Counted from the first letter of the stretch, positions 1 to 9,723 are shown. The stretch is DNA of 64,000 nucleotides from Alphaproteobacteria bacterium (GCA_965216755.1 CBDCGL010000011.1:2112001-2176000); one strand, 5' to 3'. Translations and numbers: made by a program. The notes: a model not told the origin generated them from the sequence alone.

Positions 1-9
1 TCGCGCCCG

Positions 10-2613
10 GTGCGAAGTTTTCGGGTCGGTGGCGAAAGCGATGCGATCAGCCGCTTTGACGCGGCGCAAAGTACCGGCGTGACTCCGTTGGTCGGGCGCG
101 ACCATGAAATCGGCTTGATGCTGGAGCGGTGGCAGCAAGTGACCGATGGCGATGGTCAGGTTCTGCTGGTCAGCGGTGAAGCCGGAATCGGTAAGTCTCG
201 GATCGTCAGCGCATTTCTTGATCAGCTGACGGGGGCGTCGAAAAACTTATTGCGCTATCAGAGCTCGCCCTATCACACCAACACCGCGTTCCAGCCGGTG
301 ATCGAGTATTTTTTGCGTGCGGCGCGGATTCGGCCCGGCGATGCCGCTCCGGCGCGGTTGGAGAAACTTGAGGCGTTCGCGGCCGAGAGTGGACTACCGC
401 GTGAACATGTTGTGCCCTTGTTCGCGACAATATTGGCGATTCCGCTTGGCACCCGCTTCGCCGACGTCCAGGCCAGCCCGCAAATGCAGAAGAAACGCGT
501 CATCGAAGCATTTGCGGATCGGATGGTGTATTTGTCGCGCCACCAACCCTTGGTGTGGGTGTTTGAGGATGCCCATTGGGGTGACCCGACAACACTGGAA
601 TTGCTCAATAGCTGCATCAATCGGTTGATGGGACACCCGGTTTTGGGAATCGTCACCTGTCGCCCAGAATTTGACCCGCCCTGGGGCTTCTTGCCGCATG
701 TCACGCAGCTCTTGCTCAGCCGGCTGGGGCGCCGGCAAAGCGCAACCATGGTCGAACATGTGCTCGGCGGCAAAGGGGCCTCAGCCGAATTGATCAACGA
801 GATTGCCACCAAGGCCGACGGAATTCCGCTGTATGCCGAGGAATTAACCAAGGCGGTGATTGAGTCCGGCACACAGGAGGACGCCGGCGACCGTTTTCAT
901 CTGACTGGCCCCCTGTCGACGATTGCCGTCCCCGACACGCTCCACGACTCACTTATGTCGCGGCTTGATCGCGAGGCCGCCGCGCGGGATGTCGCCCAAA
1001 TCGCGGCGGTGATTGGTCGCGAGTTTTCATACGCCCTATTGGCGGCGGTTTCCGGCTATGGCGAGGAACGCCTGGACGAAAGCTTGGATCGGTTGTTGGA
1101 AGCCGACCTGATCAGCCGCCGTGGCGTGGGCGCGCACGCGTCCTATAGTTTCAAGCACGCCTTGCTGCGGGATGCCGCCTATGCGTCATTGTTGCGCAGC
1201 GACCGGCGACGCCTTCACGCACGGGTCGCTGAGATGCTCGAATTGCAGCGATTCGAAGCTATCGAGAAACAGCCGGAGCTGCTGGCGCACCACTATACCC
1301 ACGCCGGCGACCATTGGCAGGCGGTCGAGTATTGGCTACGGGCTGGAAAACGCGCGGCCGCAATGTCGGCCAACGAAGAAGCGATCGCCCATCTGCGCGC
1401 CGGACTGGATGTTTTGGCGATGGAGTCCGAAACCGAGGCGCGATTGCGCAAGGAGTTGGAGATCCAGGTCGCGCTGGGCGTCCCCTTGATTATTGCCAAG
1501 GGCTATGCCGTGCCGGACACGGCGGAAGCCTACAATCGCGCGCGCGATCTATGTGATCGCTTCGGCGATATTGAGCAATATCCGCGCGTCCTGTTCGGCT
1601 TGTGGGGCTACCACCGGATGCGCGCGGAGCTCATGGTCGCGCGTGACCACGCGGTCGCGCTGATGGTTGACGCCGAACGGCGTGACGATCGCGTTTCACT
1701 GATCATGGCGCACCACGTCATCGGCAGCACAGTATGGAATCTCGGCCAAAACGATGCCGCGCTGATGTATTTCGAACGGCTGCTGGAAATCTACCACCCG
1801 CAGCAAGATCGACAGCTGGGCTTTTCCATGGCCCTCGATCCGCGCACGCAAGCACAATGCTACCTCACCTGGATCCACGCCGCGCTGGGCAATACACGCC
1901 GCGCTGAGTCGCTGATGACGGAGGCCTTGGACGAAGTCAAGCACCTGTCGCAACCCTATTCGTCGGCCTTGGCGCATCTAGCCGGCGCACGGTTCTATGT
2001 CTGGCAAGGGCGCGCGAGTCTGGCCGAGGAACGGGCCCGCACAAGCTTGGCCATATCGCGAGAACAAGGCATACCCTTCTACCAAGCTTTCTCACAAATC
2101 GTATTGGGGTTGGCTCTGTCGCGCCAAGGCCAAGTCGAGGAAGCGGTCAGTGAAGTTGAACGCGGCCTCGCCGCCTATCGATCCATCGATGTCTTGCTTA
2201 ACCGGCCCTATCTTCTGGGGGCGTACGCAGAAGTTGTTGCCGAGGCCGGTCGCTGGGACGATGCCTTTAACACCATCAATGAAGCACTGGCCATAGCTCA
2301 TGACACTGAAGAGCGCTGGTGGGAATCCGAGCTGTATCGTCTCAAAGGCACGTTCTTAACCGAAACCGTGCCACACGATCACGAGCAAGCTATCGACTGC
2401 TTCAAAACCGCTATCTCCGTTGCCACGCGCCAGGGCGCACATGCGTTTGCCCTACGGGCGGCAATTGACTTGGCGCGTCTGTGGCACAGCAATGATCACA
2501 ACAGCAACGCGCGCGACACGCTGCGACCAGCCTTCGATGCGCTAAAAGACGGTGACGCCACCGAAGACCTCGACGCCGCGCGCGCGCTTCTGGCCACGCT
2601 GGAGGGCGGCTGA
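10..2613 (+). CDS. AAA-ATPase + TPR protein, adenylate/guanylate cyclase-associated family; 5' end probably lies outside the window
   Basis: Begins with 'TPLVGRDHE', Walker A 'SGEAGIGKSR', Walker B 'WVFEDAHWGD', 'YSFKHALLRDAAY', and a C-terminal TPR region ending in 'ALRAAIDLARLW'. This is the typical architecture of class III cyclase-AAA-TPR proteins. The frame is open to the window edge. Confidence 0.8.
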   Translation: MRSFRVGGESDAISRFDAAQSTGVTPLVGRDHEIGLMLERWQQVTDGDGQVLLVSGEAGIGKSRIVSAFLDQLTGASKNLLRYQSSPYHTNTAFQPVIEYFLRAARIRPGDAAPARLEKLEAFAAESGLPREHVVPLFATILAIPLGTRFADVQASPQMQKKRVIEAFADRMVYLSRHQPLVWVFEDAHWGDPTTLELLNSCINRLMGHPVLGIVTCRPEFDPPWGFLPHVTQLLLSRLGRRQSATMVEHVLGGKGASAELINEIATKADGIPLYAEELTKAVIESGTQEDAGDRFHLTGPLSTIAVPDTLHDSLMSRLDREAAARDVAQIAAVIGREFSYALLAAVSGYGEERLDESLDRLLEADLISRRGVGAHASYSFKHALLRDAAYASLLRSDRRRLHARVAEMLELQRFEAIEKQPELLAHHYTHAGDHWQAVEYWLRAGKRAAAMSANEEAIAHLRAGLDVLAMESETEARLRKELEIQVALGVPLIIAKGYAVPDTAEAYNRARDLCDRFGDIEQYPRVLFGLWGYHRMRAELMVARDHAVALMVDAERRDDRVSLIMAHHVIGSTVWNLGQNDAALMYFERLLEIYHPQQDRQLGFSMALDPRTQAQCYLTWIHAALGNTRRAESLMTEALDEVKHLSQPYSSALAHLAGARFYVWQGRASLAEERARTSLAISREQGIPFYQAFSQIVLGLALSRQGQVEEAVSEVERGLAAYRSIDVLLNRPYLLGAYAEVVAEAGRWDDAFNTINEALAIAHDTEERWWESELYRLKGTFLTETVPHDHEQAIDCFKTAISVATRQGAHAFALRAAIDLARLWHSNDHNSNARDTLRPAFDALKDGDATEDLDAARALLATLEGG

Positions 2614-2636
2614 ACGGACCGCGCGGTTCAGTCTAG

Positions 2637-3198
2637 CAGGCTGCTGAAAAACGACGCGTCTTAAGCACGGTATCATGATTCTCTGGTGGGGCAGGATGGG
2701 GGATGCGATGCGTGGTCAGGACGGTCGGAGCGGTGATCTTTTTAGCTATGTGAATTTCGAGGCACGGGTTGCGAGGAAGCATCCTTTGCGCTTGATCCGG
2801 GTGATCGTGGACGATGTGCTTGAGAATTTATCGGCGGAGCTTGGCTCGGTTTATTCGGATATGGGCCGGCCATCGATAGCGCCTGAGAAGCTTTTGCGCG
2901 CGCTGTTGTTGCAAGCGTTTTATTCGATCCGTTCCGAACGTCAACTGATGGAACAGCTGGAATTCAACTTGCTTTACCGCTGGTTTGTCGGGCTTGGCGT
3001 GGACGACGTGGTTTGGGACAGCAGCACGTTTTGCAAGAAGCGTGACCGGCTTCTCAAAGCAAAGATATCGGCCAAGTTCCTGACCGGTATCATCGGCCAC
3101 GAGCGGGTGGCGCGGCTGTATCGCAAAGGCAACGGCCGAGAAAGCCGGCTTTCAAAACCAGACAAAACAATCACTGCACAGACGTCTTCAGCAGCCTG
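2637..3198 (+). mobile_element. IS5-family insertion sequence, internally deleted (non-autonomous), both terminal inverted repeats retained
   Basis: Left end CAGGCTGCTGAA at 2637 preceded by CTAG; right end TTCAGCAGCCTG ending at 3198 followed by CTAA; encloses a transposase fragment. Confidence 0.8.
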
Positions 3199-3202
3199 CT
3201 AA
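2708..3202 (+). pseudogene. IS5-family transposase remnant (N-terminal DUF772-like region only)
   Basis: 'LFSYVNFEARV..HPLR...GRPSIAPEKLLRALLLQAFYSIRSERQLMEQLEFNLLYRWFVGL' is present; the DDE-bearing segments are missing. Confidence 0.85.
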
Positions 3203-3246
3203 TGCATTTCACGCTCACATGTGTTCGCATCTCATGTTCTATCTCT

Positions 3247-3260
3247 TTGATATCGATCAA
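3247..3260. promoter_or_regulatory. FNR/FixK/NnrR-type binding box upstream of the nnrU-family gene
   Basis: Exact TTGAT-ATCG-ATCAA (TTGAT-N4-ATCAA), 67 bp before the ATG at 3328. Confidence 0.75.
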
Positions 3261-3265
3261 CTTAT

Positions 3266-3295
3266 CTTCGTTCAAACGATTCCGTTTGAACGAAG
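3266..3295. repeat. Perfect 13-bp inverted repeat (operator or hairpin)
   Basis: CTTCGTTCAAACG-ATTC-CGTTTGAACGAAG. Confidence 0.85.
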
Positions 3296-3327
3296 TTTGA
3301 TCTAGTACGTGTCGCCGCGGCACGCCC

Positions 3328-4017
3328 ATGACGCATCTGGTGATTGCCAGTTTGGTCTTTGTCGGCGGCCACAATTTGATCTCTGGAACCGGTGCGCGCG
3401 ACCGCATGGTCGGCCGGCTCGGTGAGCGCGGCTTTCTGGTCGCATTTTCCGTGTTCTCGGTGGCAAGCCTGATTTGGCTTGTTCTTGCCTATCGTGCGGC
3501 GCCTTTCATCGCCGTTTGGATGCCAAGCGCGGGGCACCGCTGGGTCACGTTCGTTCTCTCGGTGACCGGCATGACTTTGATCGTCTTGGGCGCGGCGGCA
3601 TCTCTGCCGCAAAGCGATAATTCGACAAACAGCGCCGTGGCGCGCGGCGCTTCGGCGATCACGCGCCATCCCATGGTATGGGGCGGCGTTCTGTGGGCTT
3701 TGGGCCATTGCGTAACCAACGGCGATGCCGCGTCTTTGGTTTTCTTTGGCGGTCTGGTCGCTTCAGGCCTGGCCGGCGCCTTGTCACAGGAACGCAAAAA
3801 ACGTCAGCGGATGGGCGATGATTGGCCACAATTTGCGGCCACTTCGTCGTTCTTGCCGCTGGTCGCCCTCATCATGGGTCGTGCGCGACTAACCATGAGC
3901 GACATCGGCTGGCGACCGATCGCTGCCACGCTTGTGGTGATATCTCTGATTCTATGCCTCCACCCGCTGATTATTGGGGTTTCGCCGCTGCCCGTCTTGG
4001 TCGAACTGAACTGGTAA
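3328..4017 (+). CDS. nnrU: NnrU family membrane protein
   Basis: Multi-TM protein with 'FVGGHNL..R..VGRLGE', 'ITRHPMVWG..LWALGH...NGD' and 'TSSFLP' motifs. Confidence 0.75.
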   Translation: MTHLVIASLVFVGGHNLISGTGARDRMVGRLGERGFLVAFSVFSVASLIWLVLAYRAAPFIAVWMPSAGHRWVTFVLSVTGMTLIVLGAAASLPQSDNSTNSAVARGASAITRHPMVWGGVLWALGHCVTNGDAASLVFFGGLVASGLAGALSQERKKRQRMGDDWPQFAATSSFLPLVALIMGRARLTMSDIGWRPIAATLVVISLILCLHPLIIGVSPLPVLVELNW

Positions 4018-4086
4018 AAGTGCCTGCGTAATAGGCGGCAATCTCGTGCGGGCTTGAGCGCAACAATTGTCACGTTGGTCAAGTTG

Positions 4087-5607
4087 CTATTGGTCCCGGC
4101 GCAGGCGCGCTTCCACTTCGTGCCGTTGAATTTTTCCCGTTGTGCTACGGGGCAGTTCATCCAACGCCACAAAGTGAATCTGCTTTGGTCGCTTATATCC
4201 GGCAAGCTTGTCACGACAGCGCGCGACGAGATCATCGCTGGTCAGGGACCGGTCGCCGCGGGCCACGACCGCGACCGGAACTTCACCCCATTTCGGGTCG
4301 GACGCACGCACGACCACCGCGTCCGCGACCCGCTCATCTTCCAACAGAACCCGTTCGATCTCGGCTGGGTAAATGTTCTCGCCACCGGATTTGATTAGAT
4401 ATTTGGCGCGGTCGACGAAATCGAACGTACCGTCGTCATGGCGCCGAAACATATCGCCCATGTGAAACCAACCACCACGGAAATCTTCGGTATTGGCGTC
4501 ATCATTCTGCCAATAGCCGCTGAACAGCGTCGGCCCGCGCATCGCCAGCTCGCCCGGCGTCCCTAATGGCACATCGCGATCGTTCTCATCAACCAACCTG
4601 ACTTCGCAGTAACTGCTTTGAGTCTTGGCTAAGCTCGACGGCACAACCCCCGGGGGAATCTGTCCCGCCGATGTCGGCGGGATACCGGTTTCAGTCGATC
4701 CAAAGCTGTTGAGATAGGGCGCGTTGAGCAAACGCGACACGTCGGAGATCTGGTGACGCGGCACCAAATCCGCCATCGCGCCGGCGACTCGGATCGCCCG
4801 CGGGCGCGCGTCCTCCGCCTGCAGTCTCGCGATAGTCTGATCGATCACCCCCGGCATCAGACAAAACCAAGAGATCGGTTGATCGGCCGCCACGCGCACC
4901 AGTGCATCCAAGTCAAAACCGTCGACGACAAAAACCCGACCGCCGACCAACAGGGAACCAATCGCCAAATCCATCGAAGCCATGTGGAACATGGGCGGCC
5001 AGGCGGGAAACGTCTCGCGGCGCGACAACCCGTAATCGACGCAGAATACGAGCACTCGATAAAGAAACGCGCGATGGCTGATCACCGCCCCCTTCGGTCG
5101 ACCCGTCGTGCCGCTGGTGTAAAGGATAACCAAGCCATCTTCGGGCAGGGCCACGTCCGGCGGTTCGTCGCCTCCGGCTTCGCTCAATGCACGCTCATAG
5201 GCATCGCCAAAAACCAACACCCGTTCTGTATGATCCGGCGTCAGCCGCTCGGCATGTCGCGGCGAAACCAACGCGAATCTTGGCGCAGCCAAGTCGATAC
5301 AATAGTCGAGCTCATCGGCCGACAATCGCCAATTTAACGCCGCCAGCATGGCCCCAGATTTCGCCGCGGCAAAAGCGGCCTCGACATACTCGATCCGATT
5401 TTCAGCCAAAACGGCAACGCGATCGCCGCGCTGAACGCCATATTTTTCAAAGAGATTAGAGAGCCGATTTACGCGTTCGTTGAACTGGCGATAGGTGAAA
5501 CGGCGAACCCCGTCCTCGATCGCCACAGTACGCGGTCGGATCGTGGCCTGTTGGCGTAGCAATCCACCTACTGTCGTGTGTGCCGCGTGTCGAACGACGT
5601 CAAGCAT
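4087..5607 (-). CDS. AMP-binding acyl-CoA synthetase (long-chain/aromatic acid-CoA ligase family)
   Basis: 'YTSGTTGRPKG', 'FGSTE', 'GWFHMGD', 'IKSGGENIYPAEIE', 'LPRSTTGKI'. Confidence 0.9.
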   Translation of the reverse strand: MLDVVRHAAHTTVGGLLRQQATIRPRTVAIEDGVRRFTYRQFNERVNRLSNLFEKYGVQRGDRVAVLAENRIEYVEAAFAAAKSGAMLAALNWRLSADELDYCIDLAAPRFALVSPRHAERLTPDHTERVLVFGDAYERALSEAGGDEPPDVALPEDGLVILYTSGTTGRPKGAVISHRAFLYRVLVFCVDYGLSRRETFPAWPPMFHMASMDLAIGSLLVGGRVFVVDGFDLDALVRVAADQPISWFCLMPGVIDQTIARLQAEDARPRAIRVAGAMADLVPRHQISDVSRLLNAPYLNSFGSTETGIPPTSAGQIPPGVVPSSLAKTQSSYCEVRLVDENDRDVPLGTPGELAMRGPTLFSGYWQNDDANTEDFRGGWFHMGDMFRRHDDGTFDFVDRAKYLIKSGGENIYPAEIERVLLEDERVADAVVVRASDPKWGEVPVAVVARGDRSLTSDDLVARCRDKLAGYKRPKQIHFVALDELPRSTTGKIQRHEVEARLRRDQ

Positions 5608-5615
5608 CGCAGCCC

Positions 5616-6593
5616 CTATTCCAGTTCTTGTTTGGTGCCCTGGTCAAGCTCGACGTGGCTCTCCATGGGCAAGGCCGGGTCGGCCGACCATTCGGCCAAC
5701 GACCCGTCATAGACGCGCACGTGGGGATTGCCCAGTAGAACACGGGCGGCAAACCACCCGACCGAGCTTTCGAATCCGGCATTGCAAAACAGGATCACCT
5801 CGCCCTCGGTTGGCACACCGGCGGCTGCAAACAGGCGCCGCAGGTTCTCCGGCGAGCGAAACACGGCGCCAGCGTCAACAGTCATCCAGGTCATCGGCAT
5901 GTTGCGCGCACCCGGGATCGTGCCCCGGCGCGCCAAGATCGGTTCGGCGTTTATTCCTAGGAAATGATCATGGCTGCGCATGTCCACCAGCGGCGTCCCT
6001 GCTTCAATGGCCTTCAATAGGGCGTCACGCTCGACAACGATGTCCGGGCGTGGCGACGGCACATAGGTGGTCGGCGTGGGTTCGTGGATACCAACTTCAA
6101 TGTCATTTTCCCAATCGTCGGTCCATGCTGGCAGACCACCGTTCAATATCGAGACCCGTTCATGCCCAACAAAGCGAAAAGCAAAATAGATCCGTGCAAC
6201 CTCAGCCACGTCAAAGGCGCCAAGCCCATCGCCATGCAGAACAACGTGACTATCGTTTCCGACCCCCAAACGGCCGATCAACGTCGCCAGTTGCGCAGCC
6301 GGTGGCAACATGTTGACGATCCCGTCCACCCACATACGCCATCCGTCTTCGTAGTAGTGGGTATGGACCGCGCAAGGTATATGTCCGGCCTGGTAGTTGG
6401 GTACCGAGTTGCGCACGTCGATGACCACCACGTCGTCCGCACACACATGTGCTTGCATCCACGCAACGTCGACCAAAGACGGGGCGGCAGGTTGCGCCCA
6501 AAGCGGCGCGGTCGATCCGGCCCATGAAATCACCAATCCGGCACCGCAAATCGACGTCAGAGTGCAGCGCATGAAATTTCCTATTGCCCTCAT
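5616..6593 (-). CDS. Two-domain rhodanese/sulfurtransferase with predicted signal peptide (start 6593 or 6572)
   Basis: 'YQAGHIPCA', 'ILNGGL', 'GTIPGA', active-site 'FCNAGFESS', 'VYDGSLAEW'. The ORF-track extension upstream of 6593 is IS sequence. Confidence 0.85.
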   Translation of the reverse strand: MRAIGNFMRCTLTSICGAGLVISWAGSTAPLWAQPAAPSLVDVAWMQAHVCADDVVVIDVRNSVPNYQAGHIPCAVHTHYYEDGWRMWVDGIVNMLPPAAQLATLIGRLGVGNDSHVVLHGDGLGAFDVAEVARIYFAFRFVGHERVSILNGGLPAWTDDWENDIEVGIHEPTPTTYVPSPRPDIVVERDALLKAIEAGTPLVDMRSHDHFLGINAEPILARRGTIPGARNMPMTWMTVDAGAVFRSPENLRRLFAAAGVPTEGEVILFCNAGFESSVGWFAARVLLGNPHVRVYDGSLAEWSADPALPMESHVELDQGTKQELE

Positions 6594-6612
6594 ATCTTCA
6601 CAATCTTGGTGC

Positions 6613-7713
6613 AGCCTCGGCAAGGCCGTTGCTTTCAGGACTGGCGACCGGCGTGAAACATGGTTCCAAATTGAGCGCCATGGCAAAGTCGCGCGTGTCC
6701 TTGGCGGTGTAGGGTGATCCGTTGTCGGACAGGAATTCGATCCGCCGCGGCGCGGACAGTGTCGCGAACCGTGTTTCAACCGCTTCGAGCATCATGTCGC
6801 GCACGTCCGAACCGCTGATGCCCCGGCCGGAAACGGCGACATGGGCGATCAACTCCCGATCGTGAGCATCAATGACAAACGCGGCGCGGACAATGTCACC
6901 GTTCCAACACGCGAACTCAAAGCCGTCCGAGCACCATCGCAAGTTCGAACTCATGACGACGACTTTGCCGTCATGGACACGGCCGTCACGACGTCCAGAC
7001 GATTTGCGCAGCAACAAACCATGTCGCTTCATGAGCCGATAGACGCGCTTGTGGTTCGGCAGGGGTTCGTTGACGCGCGCTAACTCTCGGCGCGCCAGGG
7101 CCGTGATCCGGCGATAGCCGTAAGTCGGCCGTTCATCGGATCAGTTCCAACAAGGCCGCGTCGCCCGGTTTGCGATAAGCGCCGCGCGATCGGTTGGCCC
7201 CCTGTGTCCGCTCGTACAGGTTCGAGCGCGACACGCCCAGCGTTCTGGCCACGGCGCTCATCGGGTATCGCCCCGTAGCGGCGAGGCAACGTGCAAGATC
7301 GGTTTTTTTGCCCGCGACCGCTCAAGGGCCTCGCGCAGGATTTCCACCTCCATGGTCTTCTTGCCAAGCAAGCGCTCGAGTTCACGTACTTGTGCCTCAA
7401 GCTTCTTGAGCTTCGCCGACCACCGTCTCGTCTGCCCCCACAGCCACGGCGCCCCCTTCTTTCATCAACCGCCGCCAACGATACACTAAATTGGCGCCAA
7501 CCCCATGACGTCGGGCGACAGCCGAAACACTCGCACCAGGCGCAAGCGTTTCCTCGACAATCGCCAGCTTTTGTTGGGCCGACCAATGCCGTCGACGTGC
7601 GGTTCCTGTGATCACTTCGATGCTGAAAGTCATCAGACATAAGCACATGCTTAGGGCTATGCCTAAGCCTCCCTGCTTACGCCGACTGTCCGGTCGAAAT
7701 GGGGGCCAATTCA
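6613..7713 (-). mobile_element. IS3-family (IS2 group) element, degenerate and truncated at its right end
   Basis: Left IR TGAATTGGCCCCCATTTCGACCGGACA begins at 7713 on the minus strand. OrfA 'RRRHWSAQQKLAIVEET..SVSAVARRHGV' is frameshifted near 7400, with an A7 slippery site near 7282-7288. OrfB 'SNLRWCSDGFEF..IDAHDRE..LSDNGSPY..SPESNGLAE' stops short; no right IR. Confidence 0.85.
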
Positions 7714-7839
7714 GAGTATAAGTAAAGGCGATTGGGACTATAGCTAGTCGATCAAAGCACACATTCACTATCTATAATGCCGTCGGCGCCAGAGATTCGG
7801 CCGGCTTTTTGGATAACCAGTCTTTTGGGAGAAGCAACC

Positions 7840-7914
7840 ATGTGGACGACCCCTGTTGTTCGTGAGATCGCCGTTGGACTTGAGATCAACTGCTACGCCT
7901 GCGCCGAACTCTAG
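7840..7914 (+). CDS. pqqA: Pyrroloquinoline quinone precursor peptide PqqA (24 aa)
   Basis: MWTTPVVREIAVGLEINCYACAEL with the E-x-x-x-Y motif; GGAG RBS upstream; immediately before pqqB. Confidence 0.95.
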   Translation: MWTTPVVREIAVGLEINCYACAEL

Positions 7915-7988
7915 AGCACGTTCGGCCAAACGATGACGATACCCCCTACCCGGCGGCGGAAAGAAAGCCACTAAGTGGAGGCATTTTA

Positions 7989-8918
7989 ATGCATATCCGC
8001 GTTCTTGGCGCGGCGGCCGGTGGGGGGTATCCGCAATGGAATTGCAATCACCCCAACAGCCGGCGCGCCCGCCAAAATGATCCGGCGTCAAAGCCGCGCA
8101 CACAGTCGTCAATCACGGTCAGTGCCGATGGCGAGAACTGGTTCTTGCTCAACGCCTCGCCGGATTTGCGCTACCAGATAAACAGTAACCCGGTGCTACA
8201 GCCGAATCGCGATCTACGACACAGTCCGATTCAAGGCGCGGTGCTGACCAATGCCGACGTTGACCACATCGCTGGCCTGTTGAATCTGCGCGAATCGCAA
8301 CCACTGTCGTTATACGGAACACCGCGGGTGCTTTCGGTTCTCAAAGCGAATTCGATTTTCAATGTGCTCAACCCGGATTTCGTGAAACGAAAGCCGCTGA
8401 ACCTGGATCAGCCTACCGAACTAGAGCTGACGGACGGAACGCCCAGTGGCTTGGTGGTTGTGCCCTTTGCCGTGCCGGGCAAAGTCGCATTGTGGCTTGA
8501 AGACGAATCGAAGGGGCCAAATTTTGGTTCCGTCGCAGAGGACACGATTGCGCTGGATGTCCGCGACGCAGCCGGACAAACCAAGCTTTTTTACATTCCT
8601 GGATGCGCGTCGATGCCGCCCGAGTTGAGCGAGCGTCTTCGCGGTGCGCCTTTGGTGTTCTTCGATGGGACACTTTGGACCGATGACGAAATGATCCGCG
8701 ACAAAGTCGGCGTCAAGACCGGCAACCGCATGGGCCACATGAGCGTTTCGGGCGAGGACGGAACGATCGCGGCGTTCGCCGACCTGGATATACGGCGAAA
8801 AGTATTTATTCATATCAACACGACCAATCCCATCCTGCTGGACGACAGTCCGGAACGGGCCGCCGTGGAGGAAGCCGGTTGGGAGGTCTCGTATGACGGC
8901 ATGGAGCTAACCGTATGA
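7989..8918 (+). CDS. pqqB: PQQ biosynthesis protein PqqB (metallo-beta-lactamase fold)
   Basis: 'VLGAAAGGGYPQWNC', 'RTQSS', 'NASPD', 'FFDGTLW', 'MGH', 'IHINTTNP'. Confidence 0.97.
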   Translation: MHIRVLGAAAGGGYPQWNCNHPNSRRARQNDPASKPRTQSSITVSADGENWFLLNASPDLRYQINSNPVLQPNRDLRHSPIQGAVLTNADVDHIAGLLNLRESQPLSLYGTPRVLSVLKANSIFNVLNPDFVKRKPLNLDQPTELELTDGTPSGLVVVPFAVPGKVALWLEDESKGPNFGSVAEDTIALDVRDAAGQTKLFYIPGCASMPPELSERLRGAPLVFFDGTLWTDDEMIRDKVGVKTGNRMGHMSVSGEDGTIAAFADLDIRRKVFIHINTTNPILLDDSPERAAVEEAGWEVSYDGMELTV

Positions 8919-9718
8919 GCGTCGCCCTCGCCCACGACCCGGGTGTCAAACCAACCCATTGGTACGATCTCGACACACCAAAAGAAAGCCTGTTGAGCCC
9001 TGACGAATTTTCCGACGCCATGCAACAAATCGGACGCGAGCGCTACCACAGCTTGCATCCGTTTCACAAGATGCTCCACGGCGGCGAACTCAAGATGGGG
9101 CAAATCCAAGCGTGGGCGCTAAACCGCTTTTATTATCAGGCCAGTATTCCTCGCAAGGACTTGACGTTGATGGCGCGGCTCAACAGCCCTGAACTTCGCC
9201 GGGCTTGGCGTAGCCGCGTTCTTGATCATGACGGCCACGAGGTCGAAGACGGCGGCATCGCCCGATATCTCCAATTGACGGATACCCTCGGGCTGGATCG
9301 CGACTATGTGACCTCGACCACGGGATTGCTGCCGGGAACACGATTTGCCGTCGATGCCTATGTATATTTCGTCGCGGAACGCTCTGAGCTTGAAATGATC
9401 GCTTCGTCGCTGACAGAACTGTTTGCGCCCGCGATCCATCGCGAACGTATTGCTGGATTGTCGAAGCACTATGACTGGGCCAATGAGTATGCATTGGCAT
9501 ATTTCAAGAAACGCCTGGGCGAGGCCCCGAAAGATGCGGAATTCGGGCGAGATTACGTGATACGCAACGCCCATACGCGCGAGCTGCAAGAGGCTGTGCT
9601 TAATGCGTTGCGGTTCAAGACCGATGTGCTATGGGCACAGTTGGACGCGTTGTATTTCGCGTATGTGGATCCCGGCATCATTCCACCGGGCGCGTTTGTG
9701 CCCAACGCGGCGGGATAA
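8915..9718 (+). CDS. pqqC: PQQ synthase PqqC
   Basis: 'RYHSLHPFH', 'WALNRFYYQ..IPRKD', 'FAVDAY', 'SSLTELFAP.IH', 'FKTDVLWAQLDAL'. Confidence 0.97.
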   Translation: MSVALAHDPGVKPTHWYDLDTPKESLLSPDEFSDAMQQIGRERYHSLHPFHKMLHGGELKMGQIQAWALNRFYYQASIPRKDLTLMARLNSPELRRAWRSRVLDHDGHEVEDGGIARYLQLTDTLGLDRDYVTSTTGLLPGTRFAVDAYVYFVAERSELEMIASSLTELFAPAIHRERIAGLSKHYDWANEYALAYFKKRLGEAPKDAEFGRDYVIRNAHTRELQEAVLNALRFKTDVLWAQLDALYFAYVDPGIIPPGAFVPNAAG

Positions 9719-9723
9719 CGATC

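Noticed and set aside
3223-3239. GTTC...GTTC direct repeat resembling a LexA box upstream of nnrU
   Set aside because: The spacer is 9 bp, not the required 7.
6594-6779. N-terminal extension of the rhodanese ORF in the track (387 aa)
   Set aside because: It is an alternative-frame read of IS orfB; the real protein begins at 6593 or 6572.
7768-8112. 114-aa minus-strand ORF over the pqqA region
   Set aside because: Shadow ORF antisense to pqqA/pqqB with no recognisable motifs.
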